From: Nitrospinales bacterium
GTDB taxonomy: Bacteria; Nitrospinota; Nitrospinia; Nitrospinales; JAJDAT01
Reading direction: 5' to 3'
Length of the DNA stretch: 64,000 nucleotides
Assembly (NCBI GenBank): GCA_046757665.1
Contig: JBHHYO010000004.1
Location: 14,395 to 78,394 of the forward strand
Below are positions 57,676-64,000 of this stretch, piece after piece. The notes beneath the pieces were generated by a model. The model had not been told where the DNA came from. It saw nothing but the letters and a program-made list of their open reading frames with translations, and ran no database searches. Positions within the stretch are counted from its first letter, which is position 1. Every line of letters starts with the position of its first letter. Position numbers and translations under genes: made by a program.

Positions 57676-58848
57676 ATGAAGGCGAAAACAAATAGGTTCA
57701 TTATTTTCCTGTTTTTTAACGTCAATAAAGAACAAAAATTGAGAAGAGATTCTACCACAAAAAAACCGTTAAAATTTCCCGGCCTTCCGGAAACTTACTG
57801 GTGGGAACAGCTGGAATCGATTTTTCAACAGGCCGTCACAGACTTAAAAATCACCCCTCTGCCGGGCGATGCGTCAACACGCAGGTATTTTCGTTTGACG
57901 TTCCGGGAAAAATCCCGGGAAAAGAAAAAGCTCGCCGTCATCCTCATGTGGCTGGAAAAGCCGGAGCGCGAAAAAGAACCCGATTTTGCGCGGCTGGCAA
58001 AATTCCTGCGCGGTCTGGGCGTGCCGGCGCCGGAGGTGTTTCATCATGACGCCGAAAGAGGGTTCCTGTTTCTGGAAGATTTCGGCGATACTCTCTTTCT
58101 CGACCTGGTCGGCCCGGATCGAAGCCCGGACGACAGGAAAGCCTGGTACCGCCGGGCAGTGACCCTTCTCGCCGAGATGCAAGTCCGCGCCACCCGGCAA
58201 ATCGGCCCCGATTGCCCCGCATTCCATTTGCGGTTCGACGTCGACAAATTGATGTGGGAATTCGATTTCATGCTGACTCATTACGTAGAAGGCCTGCAAA
58301 AACGCTCCCTGTCGCCGCGGGACCTGGCGGAAATTCGCGGAGCTTTTCGGCCTGTTTGCGAGACCCTTGCCGCGCAAAGCCTCTGTTTCACCCACCGGGA
58401 TTTCCATAGTCGAAACCTGATGGTGCAAAACGACCAGCTTAAAATTCTCGATTTCCAGGATGCGCGGATGGGCCCCTGCCAGTACGACCTGGTTTCTCTA
58501 CTGAAAGATTCTTATGTCCACGTGGACGACGATCTGGTTCGGGAAATGACGGAATTGTTCATTCAACTTAAGGAAAACGCCGAGGGCCAAAAAATGAACC
58601 GCCAAAACTTTTTCCATATCTTCGACCTGATGGCCGTGCAAAGAAATTTAAAAGCCGTCGGCACGTTCGCGTTCCAAAAGATGCACCATGGAACCGGGCG
58701 TTACCTCTCCTATATTCCCGATACGCTCGGTTACGTGCGGCAGACCCTGAGCCGCCATCCGGAACTTGCGCTCTTTCGAGATACTCTGGCAAAATATATA
58801 CCCGAGGTGCACCCCCTGTTTCCTGACAAAATATCCAACGACTCATGA
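57676..58848 (+). CDS. amgK: Aminoglycoside-phosphotransferase-fold kinase, AmgK (MurNAc/GlcNAc anomeric kinase)-like
   Basis: Motifs PLPGDASTRRYFRL, catalytic loop HRDFHSRNLMV, and ILDFQDARMGPCQYDLVSLLKD. The first ~20 codons are AT-rich, so the true start may be TTG 57739. Confidence 0.75.
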   Translation: MKAKTNRFIIFLFFNVNKEQKLRRDSTTKKPLKFPGLPETYWWEQLESIFQQAVTDLKITPLPGDASTRRYFRLTFREKSREKKKLAVILMWLEKPEREKEPDFARLAKFLRGLGVPAPEVFHHDAERGFLFLEDFGDTLFLDLVGPDRSPDDRKAWYRRAVTLLAEMQVRATRQIGPDCPAFHLRFDVDKLMWEFDFMLTHYVEGLQKRSLSPRDLAEIRGAFRPVCETLAAQSLCFTHRDFHSRNLMVQNDQLKILDFQDARMGPCQYDLVSLLKDSYVHVDDDLVREMTELFIQLKENAEGQKMNRQNFFHIFDLMAVQRNLKAVGTFAFQKMHHGTGRYLSYIPDTLGYVRQTLSRHPELALFRDTLAKYIPEVHPLFPDKISNDS

Positions 58849-59945
58849 AACTGCTGAAACGCTACGTTTTAAAAAAATTTATTCAGGTCTATTTGCTGAC
58901 GGCGGGCGCCATGATCGGCGTTTTTTTGATCGTGGACTTTTTCGAGCAAGTGGATGAGTTTCTGGTCAGAAATTCGCCGTGGACGGACCTGGCCGCTTTC
59001 TATTTGTACAAAATCCCCTTCATCATTTTTTTCATCGCTCCGCAGGCGGTGCTTCTGGCTACGGTGATTACCATGGTTTCGTTTGCCCGGAACAACGAGT
59101 TCACGGCCATGAAAGCCTGCGGCATCGGCGTTACCGGGATCACCATGCCGATCATCGCGGCATCGGTAGCCATCGCCATCATCGTCATCGGCATCAACGA
59201 ATACATCGCTCCGAAAACCAATAAGGAGATGAATTATATTTTCTTCGTAAAGGTCCGGGGAAAACAACCCGCGGGCGCAATCCAGAGAGACAAAATCTGG
59301 TACCGGTCGCCCAACAACTGGATTTGGAACATCAATTATTACGATCCGGGCCGGTCCCTGATGAAAAAAGTCAGTATTTTTGTTCCGGATAAAGGCCCTT
59401 TCGTCAAACAGCGCATCGACGCCGCCGCGGCGCTGTGGAACGGCAAGGAATGGGAATTTCTGGATGGATTTGTCCGCCGGTTCGACCACAACAGCGTGGT
59501 CGAAACAAGCTATTTCAACAAACGAACCTTCCCGATCCCGGAAACCCCCGCGGACTTCAACAAAACCCGTAAACAGCCGGAAGAGATGTCGCTGACGGAG
59601 ATGTATCAGAATATCCTCGAGCTGGCCTCGCAGGGCAAAGACACCGCCCGCCAATGGGTCGATCTGCACCACAAGATTTCCTATCCCTTTGTCAGCGTGG
59701 TGATGGCGTTGATAGGAATTCCTCTCTCCATACGGACCAGCCGGACGGGCGGCCTGCTGTTCTGCGTCGGCATCAGCCTGGCGCTGGGTTTTGCGTTTTC
59801 CTTCCTTTACGCAATGGGCATTTCCCTGGGCCACGGGGGCACGTTCAGCCCCCTGCTGGCCAGTTGGGGGACCAACTGCATTTTCGCGTTTGCGGGATTT
59901 TATTTGCTTTTAACTTTGGACAGCGACCGGATGCTCCCCATTTAG
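58845..59945 (+). CDS. LPS export ABC permease, LptF/LptG (YjgP/YjgQ) family
   Basis: ATGA overlap with the kinase gene. N-terminus MKLLKRYVLKKFIQVYLLTAGAMIGVFLIVDF. It has 6 TM helices with a periplasmic beta-jellyroll insert. Confidence 0.85.
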   Translation: MKLLKRYVLKKFIQVYLLTAGAMIGVFLIVDFFEQVDEFLVRNSPWTDLAAFYLYKIPFIIFFIAPQAVLLATVITMVSFARNNEFTAMKACGIGVTGITMPIIAASVAIAIIVIGINEYIAPKTNKEMNYIFFVKVRGKQPAGAIQRDKIWYRSPNNWIWNINYYDPGRSLMKKVSIFVPDKGPFVKQRIDAAAALWNGKEWEFLDGFVRRFDHNSVVETSYFNKRTFPIPETPADFNKTRKQPEEMSLTEMYQNILELASQGKDTARQWVDLHHKISYPFVSVVMALIGIPLSIRTSRTGGLLFCVGISLALGFAFSFLYAMGISLGHGGTFSPLLASWGTNCIFAFAGFYLLLTLDSDRMLPI

Positions 59946-59949
59946 CCTG

Positions 59950-60912
59950 ATGAAAAAAATAGCTTCCATAGACATCGGCGCCAACACCGCGCGCATGACC
60001 ATCCTGGCGCTGGAACCGACCCTCCGGGAAGTCGCGTCGGGCCGGGCCATTACCCGGTTGGGCGAGGGCATCGACTCGAACAAACGCCTGCTCAACCACC
60101 GAATCGAAAAAACCCTGGACGCCTTGCGCGGCTTCCTCGACACCTGCCGGCAACACGGCGAAATGCCCATCTACGCCGTGGCGACAAGCGCGGTGCGGGA
60201 AGCGGCCAATCGCGAAGAATTCCTCCAACGGGTCAAGGAAAAAACAAACCTGGATATCCAGGTGATCCCCTGGGAAGAAGAGGCCCGGTTAACGCTCGAG
60301 GGCGTACTATGGAAAATATCCGGCGAAGGGAAAACCGTACTGACGTTCGACATCGGCGGCGGTAGCACGGAATATATTCTCTCAAGAGGAAAACACATCC
60401 TGAAGGCCGCCGGCACCTCCCTGGGCGTTGTGCGCCTGACGGAAAAGTTCATCTCGCGCCATCCGGTCGATCCGACAGAGTACCAAGCCCTGGAAAACCA
60501 TCTGCGGGCTGAACTGGCAGGCGTGCGGAGCCGCCTGCCGGACGAAGCGGTCGATCTGATGATCGGAACGGCGGGCACCGTAACCACCCTGGCGGCGCTG
60601 GACAAAAACATTTATCCTTACGACCCGTTAAAAGTACATGGCGCGACTCTGCAAAAAGAAAACATCCACAAGATTCTCGATGATTTAAAAAACCGGTCGC
60701 TGGAAGAGCGACTGCAACTCAAGCCCCTGGAACGCGGCCGGGAAGACCTCATTATCGCCGGCACGGCCCTCGTCCTGCAAACCATGGACACCTTCGCCTG
60801 CAAGGAACTCACCGTCAGCGAATACGGCCTGCGCGAAGGAATTATTTTGAAACATTTGGCGGCACAAAAAAACACGGAAACCGGTTTAAGCCATTTTTTC
60901 ATTGAGAAATGA
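59950..60912 (+). CDS. Ppx/GppA-family phosphatase (short, 320 aa form)
   Basis: ASKHA phosphate motifs SIDIGANTARM and FDIGGGSTE. There is no C-terminal HD-like extension. Confidence 0.82.
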   Translation: MKKIASIDIGANTARMTILALEPTLREVASGRAITRLGEGIDSNKRLLNHRIEKTLDALRGFLDTCRQHGEMPIYAVATSAVREAANREEFLQRVKEKTNLDIQVIPWEEEARLTLEGVLWKISGEGKTVLTFDIGGGSTEYILSRGKHILKAAGTSLGVVRLTEKFISRHPVDPTEYQALENHLRAELAGVRSRLPDEAVDLMIGTAGTVTTLAALDKNIYPYDPLKVHGATLQKENIHKILDDLKNRSLEERLQLKPLERGREDLIIAGTALVLQTMDTFACKELTVSEYGLREGIILKHLAAQKNTETGLSHFFIEK

Positions 60913-60971
60913 ATTGAGTTTGATATAAGTTACTAACCTCAATCGAGGAAGTATTTTCCAATTCGGAAACC

Positions 60972-62771
60972 ATGAGCCAGAAAAAACTGACACAAAAGAA
61001 ATTCGTGCCTCTCAAGAAACCCAGGGCCAGCGCCGGGCTTCCCATGAAAGGACGGGATATCATCGTTCAAAGTCTGGAGCGGGAAGGCGTCGAGATCATT
61101 TTCGGTTATCCGGGCGGCGCCTCGATGGAAATTCATCAAGCGCTGACGCTCACTCGAAAGATCCGCATGGTACTGCCCCGGCACGAGCAAGGCGGCGCCT
61201 TCGCCGCCGGGGGCTATGCCCGCGCTTCGGGAAAAGTGGGGGTCTGCCTGGCCACCTCCGGCCCCGGCGCCACCAATTTGCTGACGGGAATCATGGACGC
61301 CAAAATGGATTCCATTCCCATTATCGCCATCACCGGCCAGGTGCCGACACCCGTTCTGGGAAGCGACGCTTTCCAGGAGTCGGACGTTGTCGGTTCGACC
61401 TTCCCGATGGTCAAGCACAGTTACCTGGTCCAGGATGTCAATGACATCCCGCAAGTCATCCACGAGGCATTTCATATCGCCAGGACGGGGCGGCCCGGTC
61501 CGATCGTCATCGACATTCCCAAAAACATTCAGCAACAGGAGACCGTCCCGAACTTCGACGTCAAGTTCGACGTGCCGGGCTACAAACCCAACCTGAAACC
61601 ATCGCCGTTTCAAATCAAGAAAGCCGCGCACGCGATCATGGAGTCCAAGCGACCCATCATTTACGCGGGGGGCGGGATTGTTTCCGCCGAGGCTTCCGAG
61701 GAACTGCGAAAATTCGTAAAAAAAACCGGCATCCCGGTCACCAACACCGTCATGGGGCTGGGGACCTATCCCATGAACGACCCGCTTTCCCTGCAAATGC
61801 TCGGGATGCACGGCGCGGTTTACGCCAACATCGCCATCAACCATGCCGACCTGGTTATTGCTCTGGGGGTTCGGTTTGACGACCGGGTGACGGGGAAATT
61901 ATCGGAATTTTGCCCCAATGCCCAATTTATCCATGTGGACATCGACGCCAGCGAAATCCATAAGAACATCGCCGTCGATATTCCCATTCAGGGCGACGTC
62001 AAGCTGGCCCTGCACAAATTAAACGAGCTGGTCAAGCCGAAGAAAGACCTGCAACCCTGGATCAAGCAAATCGAGGGCTGGAAGAAGGAATTTCCCCTGC
62101 AATACGAGCCCCACAAGGACCATATCGTTCCCCAGCAGGTTATCTGCGGCATCGGAGAATTGATGCACGAAGATGCCATTATCTCTGTTGGGGTGGGCCA
62201 GCATCAAATGTGGGCGGCGCAGTTTTTGCGGTTCAATAAACCGCGCCACTGGCTCAGTTCATCCGGATTGGGAGCCATGGGTTTTGGCTTGCCGGCCGCC
62301 ATGGGCGCGCAAATCGCTTTCCCAAAACGGCAGGTAATCAATATCGAGGGAGACGGCAGTTTCCTGATGAACATCCAGGAACTGCAAACCCTGAAAATCG
62401 AAAATATCCCCGTAAAAAATATCGTCCTCAACAACGCCCACCTCGGCATGGTAGCCCAATGGGAAGACCGGTTCTACAAATCCATCCGCGGCCATACCTA
62501 CATCGGCGACGCCAATTTCGCCGAAATCGCCCATGCCTTCGGCATCAAGTCAGAAAGCATCAGCAAACCCGAAGAGGTGAAACCCGCCCTGAAACGGATG
62601 CTGAAACACAAGGGCTCTTTTGTCCTGGACGTTAAGTATCCCTATGATGACCGAAGCCGGGGACACGTAATGCCCATGATCCCGGCCAACCATACCTATC
62701 TGGACACCCTGCTGGATGAAAAACACTCCCTGCGCCAATACTGGAAGAAGAAGGGAATCATTCCAGGTTAG
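60972..62771 (+). CDS. ilvB: Acetolactate synthase (acetohydroxyacid synthase) large subunit
   Basis: 599 aa. Motifs GYPGGASMEIHQAL, ATSGPGATNLLTG, and the TPP motif GDGSFLMNIQEL...NN. Confidence 0.92.
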   Translation: MSQKKLTQKKFVPLKKPRASAGLPMKGRDIIVQSLEREGVEIIFGYPGGASMEIHQALTLTRKIRMVLPRHEQGGAFAAGGYARASGKVGVCLATSGPGATNLLTGIMDAKMDSIPIIAITGQVPTPVLGSDAFQESDVVGSTFPMVKHSYLVQDVNDIPQVIHEAFHIARTGRPGPIVIDIPKNIQQQETVPNFDVKFDVPGYKPNLKPSPFQIKKAAHAIMESKRPIIYAGGGIVSAEASEELRKFVKKTGIPVTNTVMGLGTYPMNDPLSLQMLGMHGAVYANIAINHADLVIALGVRFDDRVTGKLSEFCPNAQFIHVDIDASEIHKNIAVDIPIQGDVKLALHKLNELVKPKKDLQPWIKQIEGWKKEFPLQYEPHKDHIVPQQVICGIGELMHEDAIISVGVGQHQMWAAQFLRFNKPRHWLSSSGLGAMGFGLPAAMGAQIAFPKRQVINIEGDGSFLMNIQELQTLKIENIPVKNIVLNNAHLGMVAQWEDRFYKSIRGHTYIGDANFAEIAHAFGIKSESISKPEEVKPALKRMLKHKGSFVLDVKYPYDDRSRGHVMPMIPANHTYLDTLLDEKHSLRQYWKKKGIIPG

Positions 62772-62858
62772 CCGGCAAATGCCCGTGCGGCGTGCTGGCG
62801 CCTTCGCAGAAAAATAAAACGTCCCCAAACAAGTACGCGAAAAACAAAAAGTTCAACC

Positions 62859-63806
62859 CTAATGAATCCGAATTTGGGGTTTAGAATCACTTTGTTTTTT
62901 GGAAGTAAACTCCCAATAAGCCCTGCGAATATTTCTGTCCAATCGGTCTTGCCTGGCCCAATTCCCATATTTGCCTTGAAGAATGGGACGCACGGCATCC
63001 TGGGTTTCCTTCAAGGTTTTTCCCATTTGCAACTGTTTTATGACCTGGCTCTTAAGAGCCCGCAAGTATTGCCGCATTAAAATCACCGTGGGTTTTTCGG
63101 TAACATCTCCATGACCGGGAATCACTATTTCCACATTCAATTTCTCAATCTCAAAGAGGACTTGAATCCAGTCTTCAATAAAAGCGTATTCCATGGAGGG
63201 GATTTCCTTGTTGACGACGATATCCCCCGTAATGATCGCCCGAAAAGTGGGCAGGTACACAACCGTATCGCCGATAGTGCAACCGCGCCCGAAATGTTTT
63301 AAATCCAGGAAGTATCCCCCTAAAACCAGTTGCATGTTTTTTTCATACACCAGGTTGGGAAAAGTAAGGGTTATCTTGTCCGCCCCGGGAACACCGGCGA
63401 TTTTGTATCGGTTCAGTTGGCCCTGTCCGTTTTTTCCCAGGAGAAATTTCCCGACATTTTTATGAGCGAGGATGGGACTGCTTTTCTTGAACACCTGATT
63501 GCCGAAAATATGGTCTCCCTTAAAGGACGTGTTGATGGTAAACCGGATCGGCAGTTTCGTCCGCTTGCGTATTTCCGCCAGTACGTTTTCCGCCGCCGCC
63601 GGGGAATTCCGGGTATCGATGACAATGACACCCTTGGAAGTAATGATAAAGGTGCTGTTCGCTCCCTGTCCGCTCCCGCCGGTCACCGTATAAATATTCG
63701 GGAAAACCTGGACCGTCCTGGACTCCCCGGCAAAAGCCGTCGCCAGGCTCAGCGCGAAAGAAAGAAAGATCACAAATCCCGGGACACTGCGTTTTGTTGA
63801 AACCAT
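62859..63806 (-). CDS. Exported MBL-fold protein with a non-canonical metal-binding motif
   Basis: The ATG at 63806 has GAGGA 6 nt upstream; the track start is TTG 63821. Signal peptide: MVSTKRSVPGFVIFLSFALSLATAFA. MBL-fold landmarks are present (VIVIDT, ITGDIV, VIPGHGD), but HxHxDH reads SFKGDH and GHT reads GCT. Confidence 0.7.
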   Translation of the reverse strand: MVSTKRSVPGFVIFLSFALSLATAFAGESRTVQVFPNIYTVTGGSGQGANSTFIITSKGVIVIDTRNSPAAAENVLAEIRKRTKLPIRFTINTSFKGDHIFGNQVFKKSSPILAHKNVGKFLLGKNGQGQLNRYKIAGVPGADKITLTFPNLVYEKNMQLVLGGYFLDLKHFGRGCTIGDTVVYLPTFRAIITGDIVVNKEIPSMEYAFIEDWIQVLFEIEKLNVEIVIPGHGDVTEKPTVILMRQYLRALKSQVIKQLQMGKTLKETQDAVRPILQGKYGNWARQDRLDRNIRRAYWEFTSKKQSDSKPQIRIH

Positions 63807-64000
63807 TTTTTCCTCTGGCAATTGAGCTTGAACATATTGGAATAAGAGGAGAATGCTATCACTTTACATAAACCCTGGCAAGTTCCTTCGCAAAGCCGCC
63901 TCTAAAGGGTTAACCGGAGTTTTGACCGGCGAAGGGGAATTAATTTCCCTATCGCATGGCTTCGGGTTTATAATGAGCGGGTCATGGAAAACGAAGCCCA

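Noticed and set aside
60913-60943. The inverted repeat ATTGAG...CTCAAT upstream of ilvB, considered as a leader/attenuator or T-box-like element.
   Set aside because: It has only a 6-bp stem and a 19-nt loop. There is no leader peptide rich in Ile/Leu/Val and no terminator/antiterminator alternative. The 59-nt spacer is too short for a known riboswitch.
58869-61844. Minus-strand ORFs 58869-59834 (321 aa) and 60939-61844 (301 aa), antisense to the LptF/G and ilvB genes.
   Set aside because: They are shadow ORFs with no motifs. The plus-strand products are clearly assignable.

Overview
The window is a 64 kb chromosomal segment from a Gram-negative (diderm) bacterium, since LptD and an LptF/G-type permease are both present. 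G+C looks like 55-60% by eye. I cannot place the taxon from sequence alone. Coding density is about 90% and most of the content is housekeeping. Named genes are an amt 3' fragment, nhaA, an oppD/oppF-like ATPase pair, folC, lptD, pyrE, hisH, hisB, dxs, ispA, nhaD, comF, argD, argF, tgt, sfsA, engB, an amgK-like kinase, ppx/gppA and ilvB. There is also a complete nuoA-M operon on the minus strand (27.1-39.9 kb).

The unusual part lies at 40.2-54.9 kb. nuoN is detached from nuoA-M, inverted, and sits about 15 kb away. The intervening block has uneven base composition and carries six genes:
- an orphan 442-aa membrane protein;
- a DUF4159 gene translationally coupled to a VWA/BatA-like gene, both low in G+C;
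- a lone PhnW-like transaminase;
- a 220-aa unknown protein;
- a giant ORF of about 2,700 aa.

The giant ORF reads: signal peptide, PD40/TolB-like beta-propeller, TPR array, a CHAT-like domain that has lost its catalytic dyad, a second TPR array, then an intact CHAT (caspase-like) domain. I rank this ORF and its neighbours as the best candidate for an undescribed system. It may be an exported protease/pseudoprotease platform.

I found no rRNA, tRNA, CRISPR array, transposase or integrase. The supplied ORF track translates alternative starts (TTG/GTG) as M, so I re-examined several start codons by hand. All domain calls come from reading motifs by eye. No searches were run.
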